From NCBI RefSeq assembly GCF_048593235.1, contig NC_133621.1, positions 70,857,148-70,921,147 on the forward strand: 64,000 nucleotides of DNA. The letters are read 5' to 3'. This stretch comes from Sminthopsis crassicaudata. Its lineage: Eukaryota. A program made the translations under genes and the position numbers. Shown here one piece after another: positions 39,820-51,720 of the stretch. Below the pieces are notes generated by a model, which ran no database searches, was not told where the DNA came from, and saw only the letters and a program-made list of their open reading frames with translations. Numbering within the stretch: position 1 is the first letter of the stretch; each line of letters opens with the position of its first letter.

Positions 39820-40224
39820 TTATAACACATTTTAAACACAGGTTTTTGCCCAGCAATTTCCATCACTTGGATCAATAACTTTACTTTTTCATTTCTTAGA
39901 TAGTTCTGAAAAGCTTCTAGGTCAAGAAGATGAATATTCATGTAATATGCATCTTACATTAAATATATCTAATGAAACCTAATGTGTTAAAGACCCCTAG
40001 ATTTCAAATAAACCCATAGGAATAGGAGAGAGTTGGTTCTGTGGTATATTGCTATTATAGTGACGTTGTAGACAAGGATCCTTATTGTTGGTTCTGAGAG
40101 TTCAAAATATGAGAACTCCTTCCACTGGAAAACATGGCAACTCAGCTTTGATCTAGGACTTAGGAAATAAATTCCAGGGAGTTGCTTGAGGAACCCTAAA
40201 TTATAACCTTTCAGTAGCAAAGTG

Positions 40225-40445
40225 AAAAACCTATCATATACTTTTGAATCTTGCCTCTGACCTTTTCTACCCGGGTGATTCTGGACAAGGCACTTAATAT
40301 TTGAGTTGCCTTAGTTTCCTTATCTGTAAAAAGAGATTATCAAAAAGTTGGTGCCTCACAGTTGCTGTGAGGACCAAATGAGATATGTAGAAAGCCCTTT
40401 ACACACCTTTAAACACTATATAAATGCTAGCTATTTTCACTGTTA
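40225..40445 (+). mobile_element. MIR
   Basis: ttgaatcttgcctctgacc...gccttagtttccttatctgtaaaa...tgtgaggaccaaatgagat...ctatataaatgctagcta. Confidence 0.8.
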
Positions 40446-40766
40446 CTGGAATCACGCGGGGTTTAAATTTTCCTCCTCACAAGATTGGATTCATGTTGTT
40501 TTATAATCTAATCTTGTTTTCTAATCTCTTTTTTGATGTAAAATTTTTTTTCTTATTTTTTTAAACCCAAGGAAGAGCACATGCTTTTTTACTTTGTTAG
40601 ATAAAAGCTTTTACTCTTTTTCTCATTGGGCTTTAAACAGCTTTCACCAGGATTGCTATTTTTTGGTGGGTGATCATTGCCAGCAAAGGTGGGTGGGTGG
40701 GGGCTCTCTGAGAAGAGCATTCAGTAGTGTGTAATTGTCCTCATTTTGTTGCCTGTTGTTTCCTAG

Positions 40767-40867
40767 CATCCTCCAGGACAGATGGGAAGGAAGTATAGCT
40801 CCTGTTCCACTATTTTCCTAGATGATAGCACAGTCAGTCAACCAAACCTCAAGTATACAATTAAATG
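40767..40867 (+). CDS. CCNY: Cyclin Y exon 4 (101 nt): [33 protein letters not shown](C)
   Basis: Acceptor ttgtttcctag|CAT and donor TG|gtgagt. Contains the RKYSSC motif, which is the known 14-3-3-binding phosphosite region (S100) in human cyclin Y. Confidence 0.97.
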
Positions 40868-43800
40868 GTGAGTATTCAGATCTGTGCCTTTACTTCAAAT
40901 GCTACTCCGTAGTGATGGCTGAAAGTGTGTGTATGTGTGCATGGGGTACATGGGGATGCATGTGTGTGGGGTTGAGGAATCACTAAATTGGTTTGGAAAG
41001 TTGAAAAAGTGGTTATTCTTATGAAATGTAAAGAACTTAAGGTCCTGTGGGATGGAGATCACCTTTTAAAAGAAGGGACAAGGAGGAAGCAGATGGGCTT
41101 GACACCCTGGTCAGTGCAGTGGTCTCACTCAATTTCTTGTGGTTTCCATAATCTTCCTTTCATGACAAGAGCAGCAGCTACCCAATTTCTGGGTGCCCAA
41201 CATGGCTCATGGGGAGGTCACAAGTAGCCAACACTTATTGATGGTTGCAGATTTTTGTCTTTCACTCCCTTCTTGTACATCCTTTTCTCTCTGTCCTTTT
41301 CTTCTTTCCCCCTTTTCATTTCTTTTCATTCTAAACTTATTACCTATAAACAATATATTCTCATAAAAATGAAAAGAATTGCACACAATTCAAAATTTTT
41401 AAAGGGAATTATTTTCAAATATTCTTTACTTTTGTTAAAAATTCAAAGTGTTGACACTCATCTCCTTGTACAGCATGCCCCCTTTTCTCCTACCTTTTCT
41501 TTTTAAGGGTCATCCTAGCACAGCACTCCTACCACCTTTTCTTCAGAAATATAAGGATGTTTCAGGATGTTGAGTATTAAAAGCAAAAAAAGGAAGTGAG
41601 AAGATAAACATGGGGTGTGGGGAGAACGCTGAAGTGGCCGTCAGCCAATCCTGGCTTCTGATCTGAGCTCTGGCGCTTGGTGGGACTGTAAGCAAGTCCC
41701 ATCACCTCAACAAGCCTGAGCTTCCTCATCTGTTAAAATAAGGAGGTTTGTTCTAGAGAGGGCCTTCCAGGTCTAGCATTCTGACACAGTCAGTGTGGAA
41801 GTATCAAAAACGATGAACCTGTGAATAGCCCTTCAGAACCTACAAAATGCTTCCTTTATGACAGCTCTAGGAAGTAGGTAACAGCACCTCTAATTTATAA
41901 ATAAGAAACCATGCTTAGATGACATCCTGTGAAATTTGTGCACAGCAGCCAGGTTCCGAAGGAAGGACACTAACACACACATGTCCTCTTCTAGGACAAT
42001 GTATATTAGTGTATGTATATTGGAAATACACACATAGATACGTGCATGAGTACATGCACAAAAACATGATACATATTTTGCATGTGGTTTAGAACAGTTT
42101 TTAAGTTACTCAAATTTTTAAATGAAAAAATGTTGCTGTTTGTTGAGTCATTTTCTCTAGGTTGCATTACCCCATTCTTGAAGATATCACTATACTTGAT
42201 GGTATTATAATGGTGGCCAGTAAACCAACAAGCATGCTTGAGCTGACCTGGCAGCATTCTATTTGAGTGAGGTGGAGAAGACTTCATCTTTTAGATAGAG
42301 GCTCCCCCCCCACCTTCCAGTATATGTTATCTTTGCCAAGTTATTCATGGAAATGTCTTTTTTCTCATTCCTTTGGTTTTATGGGCTCAGTGAGTTGTAT
42401 TGACAGAAACCTGTGCCCATGATTCATCATGGAACAAGAGGTATTTGTGATAGTTTGGCTGCCTCTCTACGTATGGCCTTTTCCAAATTACTTTTAAAAA
42501 CCCTTGGTTCACAATTTATTGCATGAACATAATTGTTGGAAATTTTTTTAACATTGCTATATGTAGAAGGAAAATAAGAAGCTGGAGAGAACCATATCTT
42601 CTCTCATTGGCTAATGCTTGCGAAAAGCACAAAATACAGAAGCTCCTAATTTTCCTTTAATGCTGGGAAACAGGAATGATTCAAAATAAAACGGATATCG
42701 TCATACCCATCTCCTACACCAGCACTAGGGGATTCATTTGTGTTAGGTTTATTGTCTCAAAAATCACCATCTGATGAACTTGTATGACATGAAAGTCACA
42801 CAGGCAGGTATGTACGCACAAACACACACATGTCATTGCTTTGGACATTGTCTGTACTGCTAACGACCCTCCATTTATAAAGAGATACCCCCCCACAGAT
42901 TTCATTATCACCCCCCACATCTCCAAAGTTATATCTTGTTGAGTTCTAAAGCCATTAGTGCCTTATATGAGCAGTTCAGAAGTAGAAGTGAGTAGATAGA
43001 AAAGCCTACCTTAGAGGAACTGACCTGAATGGTAGGCTCCCACTTATCTCCTGACCTAAATGCTAGTCCCTACATTGCTAGAGATTTTTTCATTTCTCTT
43101 TTTTTATACTGTATAAATTGCACTTGGTAGTGGTTCAGAACGGTGGACTTATCAATCATTAACATATTAGTGTGGACTAATTAGTTCAATTAGGTTATTT
43201 TCCCCTTAATACCCGAGATAACCATTGTTTTGAAGGAAGAAGAGTTTTGATTAGAAAGAGGAGGATAAGTAATTTGGTATTGTGGTACTCGTTGGTCTCA
43301 GAGTGCTACAATTGAAGCATCATGGAGATCTCTGGAGAAAAGTCACAGGAGGTGGCAGAGGGATAGGGAAATATGGAGGATTCTAAGATCAACCAGTCTG
43401 TTACAAAATTTTCCTCACTTCTAGGCCTTTGTACTCTAAAAAGCATAAGGAAGTTGATTTTTTTTTTCTTTTTGTTTCTCTTCTTTGCTTAATATAATAC
43501 ACGACTCCTGATCTTAGAACCCCAAAGTCATATTGGAATTATATTGATCCAAACCCATTTGTATAATTCTGTGCTTCTGGACTTTTTTTCAAAAATGCTT
43601 TTAAAGATTCTAAAAGTAGATGAGATATTGATTTTCTTATTGTTCTGAGATGCTTTGCTCCCCTTTCTTTGAGCTGTTAGGACTAGAAATAATGATTCCC
43701 TGGAATGAAATTTTTATCTGTTATTCATATTTTATCTGTTGTTCATTTTTAAAGAAAGTTAGCCCAAAACTTGAAGGTATATTGAATTAGTAGCATACCT

Positions 43801-44793
43801 CAGATCACTAGACATGCACTGATTAAGAGGAAATTGGGAAGTGCAGGATTTATTCCATACTTCTAAATTAGATGTCCTGAAGGGCAGCTTATTGTGATGA
43901 CTCATAGAATGTTTCCTGATGTTGCTGACAAGCTGGAATACTTATCTGGATGGGCCACTGGCACAAACCCAATGTGCCATTTCTCTCAAGTTCACAAAAA
44001 TCAAAACAGACTAGTTGATCTGTATAGATTATCCTCAGATCAAAATAAAAAAGGGGGGAAAGGCATTTTTCTCACCCACCACCAATTTTTGAGATTTTCC
44101 TACCAAGATACAAGTTACATATTTAATAATGTTTTAGCAACTGAATGAAGATAGGAGATTGCTAAGAGAAAGTAATTGCTTTAAAAAATTAGCAAACAAC
44201 TTAAGTAATATAATACAATTATAAAATTTCATAATTTCATGGCAGTAGATATAAAAGTTTTAAAAATCCTTATAGGTGTTTTGCTGTGGCACTTGAAGGG
44301 ACTTTTAAATATACAAATGCCTATGTTTTAATGCAATCTTAGTATTGATGGATGGGAGGCAACCTTACAGATCACCTAGAGGTCCGGCTCCTTCATTTTA
44401 TTGATGAGAAAACTGAGGTTGAAAGAGACGAAGTGATTTGAATACAATCAGTCTCATAGTAAGTATATTATAAGTGTAAGTATATTGATACTCAGGATGC
44501 CACAGCCTGTGCCCTTAATACCACACCAAAATCTGACAAGATCTGGCACTTGCAGTGATTTCTTTATAAACATTAAGGGACAAATTTTAGTTTTGCAGAA
44601 AAGGATGATGTTAATAGCAGCACCGGTCAGGAAAGAGAGTCAGTTATATATTTTTTAAAACTACATTTTCTAGATCTGATTTCTAAAAAGGGAAATGGTA
44701 TGCAAATGTAGACATTTATAATCAGATGGTGTTTCTATGTTAAATTCCTGATTTTTAAAAATAAAACATTAACTCTTGTGTTTTGCTTTACAG

Positions 44794-44829
44794 TGTAGCG
44801 CTTGCAATATATTATCACATAAAAAACAG
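44794..44829 (+). CDS. CCNY: Cyclin Y exon 5 (36 nt): (C)VALAIYYHIKN(R)
   Basis: Acceptor ttttgctttacag|T and donor AG|gtatgt. Phase 2-2, consistent with both neighbouring exons. Confidence 0.96.
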
Positions 44830-47452
44830 GTATGTGGATAAGTGTATTTTTTAAGATATTAAAATAATAATTTTTGTTCTTTTCCTTTAGATTATAGGAC
44901 TTGTACCTTTAAATCACATTTTCCTAAAGCTTGTAAATTGTATATTTGCTTATACCTTTTCAATACTCATGCAGATTCTTCATAATATACAGCACCCCTT
45001 AAACTGGGTAGAGTCCTAAAAAAAAAAAGATATGCTAAAATAAAGCCCACTAGTTACTCCCACGTGTCTGTAGGGTAACTGTCTCTTTTAGATCACAGTG
45101 GATATCTACGATTATTCCTGTTACTTGTAATTAAAAATTCTCAGACTATGGAAATTCATAAAGAAATTTCAGTAGGTATTTTTCAGTAACAGGAAAACAT
45201 ACTTTTTTTGTATTTTGAATACAATTTTACATAAAGTCAAAAATAGTTTATTCTGGGGGATGCCCCAAATTTGAAAGTTGATTATGAGAGACTGTTCCAA
45301 TACATCGAAGCATTCTGTTTTGTAATCATGAGCCATGCATAGATTCACATGGAACTGGAAAGTGCATGATTTTTAAAATTTGCAAAATATAGGACATCTT
45401 AGTTTCGTCTCATGAAACAGAATAAAACATCAATGTAAATGTCTTGTCTCATATCTTCATTCTGTAATTCTTAACAAATTTCCCAATCTTACCCAGATTT
45501 GCCATGTTTTTGGGTGAACTTTAGGTGCTCCAAAAGTGATGTTTAGCCATGTTTCCCAGAATTTTTTATGGACTTCGTAGTAATATGCTCTCTTATAGTT
45601 TAGCAGTGGATAGGCAAGGCAACAAGCACTTATTAAGCACTTTCTGTGTGACAGAGTTATTGATGAGCAGCTGCAGTGGTGAACATCTGGGGCAGACACC
45701 AATGAGAGGGGAGATGATATTCCCACGTGTGATTAATCTCGAGCATTATAACCTGTAGGTCTCTTGGGGAAGAGGTGACCTCTCTCTCTGACCCAGTTTC
45801 TGCTTGATAAATTATGCTGGCTGAAAACTTGGAACCTGTGACAGGTCTATTTGCTTGATAGAGAGAATGCTATTCAAGTGGAATATATATCCATGGAAGG
45901 AGGAGAAAGGGAGCAAGAGGGGTTCAGTATCTATGAGCTTCAGGAAAGATTCATTCCCCTCTCTCCAAGAGCCATTACGGCTCCAGTTTCTCAAATTCAT
46001 CCAGATTCTTTTAGAGACTCCCTGCGTTTTCAGTGCTATGAACCTGATCGTTTCATAATTTTTTGGCGGGGCTTCCTGGTTGGAGTATCTGGATGAATAT
46101 TTAAAAATTTTTCACTTTTTAGGGAAAAAAATTCAATGCTGTCAACCAGATACCACTCAGAAAAGAAATTTAGGGACATTGTTAGTGTGTTAAGAAATTT
46201 TTTGGTGTTGCAGAAAAAGGAGACTCTACTTCCTTTAGATTTCTTCTGCCTCAGTCGTGCTGATTCTTACTTGAAACTTTAAAAAAATCAGTTTGTGGTT
46301 ACTTGTATTCATAGTGCAAAAGGCAAAGTGAGTAATACTTGACCCTCTTTGAAAAATAATATGGGGGCACCTAGGTGACAGTGGATAAAGCACAAAAATT
46401 CAGAAGGAGCAGTATCATAAAAGTTACATATAGGCTGGAACTGACTGAGTAATGAGAAAGGTTTTATAATGTTAGATGCAACTTTATGGCAAAGTACAAC
46501 TGGTTAGGGAAGTATTCTGGAGTATTATGGGGTGAGGTAAACCTGTGTGTATTTTTTGGATTGATTAGAAGCTTAATATCATGAAAATTTTCCAAACGCT
46601 ACTTTATCAATTCAATGTGTCATGTGAGTAATCTTGTTCCATATAAAAGAGGTCAAGATTAAAGTCTGAAATAATTTCAATATATAAATTGAATGTGAAA
46701 ATCACAAACGATCCTTGGGGCATTTGCTGCTATAGTCTGATTTTTTTCCCCATCAATTACAGTTTATTAGTAACCTTAACATATACCTTAGTCAATGAGT
46801 ATCCTTCCTAGAGCAGCTTTGGATCCCTTAAGAGTAGAGATATTGCAGGAAGAATTTCCTTTTTTAGTATATATGCCTATGCACATGAAAACACACACAC
46901 ATAATACACACACATATAACATGAATATAAGCATATGTATGTACATATTCTTATTTGTTTATACACATGTGCATAGGCATATATTCACACACATATATAA
47001 TAGAGAAGTACATATAAATGCAAATCCATTCTATATGTTCTAGGTACATGTTTGTATATGTATACATATTTGCAAGTAGAAAACTTTTGAATATATGTAG
47101 GCATGTATATACATACATATCATGTGTATTATGCACCCACAACCCCTAATAACATTCTATGAATATCCATAAAAGGATCTAAAGGGAAGTAGTAGCTCAA
47201 GTTTCCTCCTTAGTACAATTTATGAATTATAAATCGTTCTTTTGCAATCCTGGACTTCTAGAATAAAAAGAATTTCACTGTGGTGTGAATATACAGGGAG
47301 TTAGCAAATGGCAATTGATAAGTTCTTCAAGTTACACACTTCATCATTGCCTTCTCTTTTTAAAGTACATTCAAATTAAAATGTCTTTTTCTGAATAGCA
47401 CACATTCTGGTAAATAGTAAATTCTACATTCTTTTTTTTTTTCCTTCCTCAG

Positions 47453-47510
47453 GGATGCAGATGGAAGGATGCTCTTAGATATTTTTGATGAAAATCTTCA
47501 CCCCCTTTCG
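47453..47510 (+). CDS. CCNY: Cyclin Y exon 6 (58 nt): (R)DADGRMLLDIFDENLHPLS
   Basis: Long pyrimidine tract then ctcag|G; donor TCG|gtaatc (weak). Overlaps supplied ORF 47469..47705. Confidence 0.97.
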
Positions 47511-47611
47511 GTAATCTCCTTCCCTCTCCCCTGCTTTCCTTTACGAGATAGAGCTTCATTATTTCTGTCGGGTTCAGAGGTGAGTCACCTGAAAATGATT
47601 TCCTTCTGCAG

Positions 47612-47731
47612 AAATCCGAAGTGCCACCAGACTACGACAAACACAACCCAGAACAAAAGCAGATTTACCGGTTTGTTCGAACGCTGTTCAGCGCTGCCCA
47701 ACTGACTGCTGAGTGCGCCATTGTCACCCTG
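47612..47731 (+). CDS. CCNY: Cyclin Y exon 7 (120 nt): [40 protein letters not shown], start of the cyclin box
   Basis: Acceptor ttccttctgcag|AAA and donor CTG|gtgagt; 40 codons, phase 0-0. Confidence 0.98.
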
Positions 47732-48006
47732 GTGAGTACCTGTGGGGCACTGATTTCCTGGTTGTACAGATGGTCCTGGTGGAAGTGAGTCTTGGCTCAC
47801 TTCCTAGGGAGCTCTGCAGTCTTTCTGAGTGTTGTTCCCTATGAAATGATACAATGAAGGCATTAGATTTAGGTGCTGGGGCCCCTCCAGCTCTGAAACT
47901 GTGGTCCCAAGGCTAGATGAAGCCTTTTCAGGAAGAAGACTCCATGATTCTTGCCACACTCTGATTTCTGATGGCCAAAGGGCATACATCCTGCTTTTGT
48001 AGATTA

Positions 48007-48064
48007 TCCATCCATCCATCCATCCATCTATCCATTCATTCATCCATCCATCCATCCATCCATC
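48007..48064. repeat. (CCAT)n microsatellite
   Basis: Directly visible. Confidence 0.95.
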
Positions 48065-48199
48065 ATCTTCCTTCTTTCCTTCCTTCTTTTCTTTCTCTAT
48101 GCATATAGGCATATGGGCATAACTAACTAATAATTAAGCTAATAATTAACTTTCATGACCAGCTCAAGCTTGAAGCTTTATTTCCTCCAATTTTTTTAA

Positions 48200-48900
48200 A
48201 CATTTTTATTTAAAGTTTTGAGTTCCAAATTCTATTCTTCCCTCTGTCCTTGCTGTTCTCTGAGATTGTAAGCAATCAGATATAGATTATATTCAACGAA
48301 TATTCAAAGGGTGCCACAAGTTTAGCTGCTTATGCCTAGCAAGGTGATTTTGTGTAGATCACTTACCTTTCTGGGCTTCTATTGTTTGATGTAAAGTGAG
48401 TACATTGGAGAGATTGATAATTGTTAATATGAATACTGAATTTTATATTTGTACATAATATTTTTTTATGTGTAATTATGTAAAACATTTCCATATTAGT
48501 CATTTTGTATAAGAAGATTCTAATAAAAAATGAAATAAAGTGAAAAGTAGCATGCTTCAGTCTGCATTCAATCAATATCAGTTATTTTTCTGGAGGCAGA
48601 TAGCATGCTTTTCACCATCAGTCCTTTGGAATTGTCTTGGTCATTGCATTACTGAGATAGTTAAATCATTCACAATTCTTTGTCCTACACTATTGCTGTG
48701 ACTATGTATGTTTTCCTGATTCGGTTCACTTCACTATACATAAGTTTATGTAAAGTCTTTCCAGGCTTTACTGAAATATCACCCTAAGTGTCATTTCTTA
48801 TAGCACAATAATATTCCATCACAGTCATATACTACAGCTTGTTTTTCCCAATGGGTGACATCTCTTTGATTTCCAATTCTTAGCCACCACACACACAAAA
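48200..48900 (-). mobile_element. Old L1 3'UTR/ORF2 end, interrupted by a locally duplicated segment
   Basis: ttaaagttttgagttccaaattct...agcaatcagatatagattat, then an insert, then tgtaattatgtaaaacatttccatattagtc...catttcttatagcacaataatattccatcac. Confidence 0.8.
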
Positions 48901-50869
48901 AATGAAGTTTCAAAAAATGAGTTCTTGAACAAAGTAAGTCATTCAGTCTGACATCCTTAGTCCCTGATGATACAGGGAGGTGAAAAATTTTGGCTGCAGG
49001 GAGACACCCTGGATTGATTGATAGCATGGCTTTCCATTGAAGGTATTGGTTAATACTTTACTATCATAGCTTTTAATTAGATTTTTAGGGCAGTTTAATA
49101 ATGCTAACAAGAAATGATGGATATATAGCTTGCTGTGCAAAGGACTGGGGCTGATTGGTCACTGCTATGTTTATTGTCTTAGGAGTATAATCAGTCTACT
49201 GTATATGGTAGCATCTGTATCTGGAGAAGAATGTGGCTTCTTAAGCCATGGTGTGATGGAAGAGAACACAAAAGACAGAAGGCAGACGACCTGGGTTTGA
49301 GTTTTGGCTGCTAGTTAATACCTCTGAGATTTTGTCTGCATTGCTTCCTCATCTATATGGGGAAAAGTTTGGCCAGATGATTTCTAAGGGCCTTTGGACT
49401 TGAGATCCTATGATCCTAATAGATTAATAAATATTCTTGGGCTACTTAGGCCTTATTTGGGATCAAAACTGAACAAATAAAATGTATTATCTTTTTTTCC
49501 CCCCTTCTGATACAAGGATATATGGGTATAATTTAACTTTGCTTATATCAGGTCTGTTCAGGAGCCTAAAAAGACAGATAAACAATTATTCTTTTCCTCT
49601 GTAATGAGAAATCAGTTATAAGAATTGAGATCCGTTCTGGAGCTTAATGAAGATAGGTTTTACCTTCTCCCCCTTTCTTCATTTCCCCATTGGCTTCCAT
49701 TATCATAGAAAGTGACAGTTTGAGTTGATAGAAGGTTGTGAATGTGATTGTACATGGGAACAGTCACAATTCTCCAACTCTTTAGCAACCCTATGGGTTA
49801 AATGGAAGTTGTGGAATGAGCCAATATCCATCTTTCAGCCCAACCCAGGGAGTTGAGTTAAGCCTTCCTCCAGTCCTGTCCCCTTATCCTCTATGGGGAG
49901 GGAGTCTGCAGTGCGACCCAGGCCGCTGCTTACTGTTTAGGAGGCCTGCCAGGCTGGAAATGGGCTTGAGCAGGACATTTGTCCTGTTCTTCTGTCTGTT
50001 TCTGGCCTCCACAATTAAAAGCAGCCATCGGTGTAATCTTGGCACCTTGGCATGCTACCCGCCGTGAGATGGGAGAGAAGTGAAAGGGAGCGGTGGGCAC
50101 AGCAGCTGCAGCCGCTGATGCTAAGAAATCAGGTTGCATCCTTCATGTCTGGGGCAGAAATCCGGCTTTCTGGTCAAATGAAAGAACTGCAAATCCCCAA
50201 GGTTTAGTTAAACCAGAGGAAGAGTTATATAGCCAGATGAATTTATGATGAAAAATGAGCTGCATGTTTACATTTTATATGGGGAGGGTTAGCTATTTTA
50301 ATGCTAGCTCTCCTTTTGGTTGGGATGAAGAGGAGGAGGAGGAAAAAAGAGGAGGAGGAGGAGGAATACAAGGACTCAGTTTTAGGGTACCAACACCCAG
50401 GCAATGGAAGATGGGGCAGAATGAGCTTGAAATTTTCAGATCTCAGCTCCCCACTTACTCCCTGGCAGTGTGACTTTAGACAGGCACACAGTCACAGTAT
50501 CTAGCTCACAGTCTAGTTCCTCTTGAATATTCAATAAACAGTTGGGCTTTGACAGATTTCTTATCTAAGCCTTCTGTTAAAGGGGACTTCATGACTAGGT
50601 GAGGTAGTTCTGCCTGTGGGGATTTGTTTTAGCATTGTATTATGATGCTGAAGTCTTGTGTTTGTCATCAGAAATTCCCACCCAGATGTCCAGTGTTCCA
50701 AAATTCAAAGAATATTCAAAGGGTGCTATGAGTTTAGCTGCTTATCCCTTGCAAGATGGCTTTGTGTAAATCACTTACCTTTCTGGGCCTCTGTTGTTTG
50801 ATGCAAAGTGAGTAGGTTGGATAGATCATAACTTAATAAGAATATACTGAGTTTTATATTTGTACGTAG

Positions 50870-51720
50870 AAGTGTTCTTATGGTCTTCCTCATTATGCTG
50901 TGAACTCCTTAGGGAATTATCTTTTACCTTGTCCCTCATGCCTGAAATGTTCTCCATTCTGATCACTGATCCCTGCCTTGCATCCTTTAAGTACCAGTTA
51001 AAATCCCATTGAGGTATATGGGTTTTCAAGAAGGACCACAGCACCTCTAGTGTAAAGGCTTGCCAAGACCGTCTTAGGGATGCTCATCCACCTTTGATGG
51101 CTCCCTGTGACTCCAAGAAGCTGGGACTTTGCAGCAGCCATGACCCAGTAGTCTGACTTAGCAGATGGTCACCAGTGGGACACAAAGCCGTCAGTGGGTT
51201 ACACGGGTGTCTGCCCCAAGCGCGTGGACTTTCCTGGCAGAATGCACAGATGAGAACAGATTGTTCCCATGCCCATGAAGGTAGCTGAAGCAAATGCTGT
51301 GCAACAACCCGGGCAGACACTGCATCCTGGCCGACCAGTTATCTGGACTTCGGTCTTGCCCCTGGGCTTCACTGACTCTGGAAGAGATTATGAGGTTGAC
51401 ATCTGGGTTCATCCCTCCCTCACTTAAGTCCATTTCACAAATGAGTCAAGATACCCCCAGTGATATCACTGGTCCTCTTCGAAAATGAAGGATGAAAACA
51501 TCATCTTGTCTCCTACAGGAAGCCTTCCGCAATCTCTCTTCATGCCAGTGCCTTCCCCTTTCAGTTATTTCCTATTTTCCTGTATATAGGTGACTTTATA
51601 TCTGTCTGCATCTTGTCTCCCCATGACATTGTAAGCTCTTTGAGGACAGGGACTGCCTTTTTGTCTCTTTTTGTGTCCCTAGCACTTACACACTGTGCTA
51701 AGTGCTATGCTAACACACAT
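50870..51720 (+). mobile_element. L2 3' fragment split by an RTE-derived insertion
   Basis: L2 motif gttaaaatccca (about 51008) resumes as ctcctacaggaagcc (about 51510) and continues to tgtaagctctttgaggacagggactg. Confidence 0.7.
51010..51500 (-). mobile_element. RTE-clade 5'UTR-derived element
   Basis: Reverse complement starts tgttttcatccttcattttcgaagaggaccagtgatatc...ggacttaagtgagggaggg, the same head as 56245 and 12420. The supplied ORFs here are incidental. Confidence 0.8.

Noticed and set aside
40771-40781. Downstream AG acceptors in exon 4 (+10 and in-frame +15)
   Set aside because: The first AG after the pyrimidine tract gives the conserved protein; internal AGs are common.
44700-44707. 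Octamer motif ATGCAAAT upstream of exon 5
   Set aside because: Single 8-mers occur by chance in AT-rich DNA, and there is no motif cluster.
45549-45579. Possible mariner-like TIR ending CG|TA (reverse complement tacgaagtccataaaaaattctgggaaac)
   Set aside because: No convincing partner TIR and no transposase remnant nearby.
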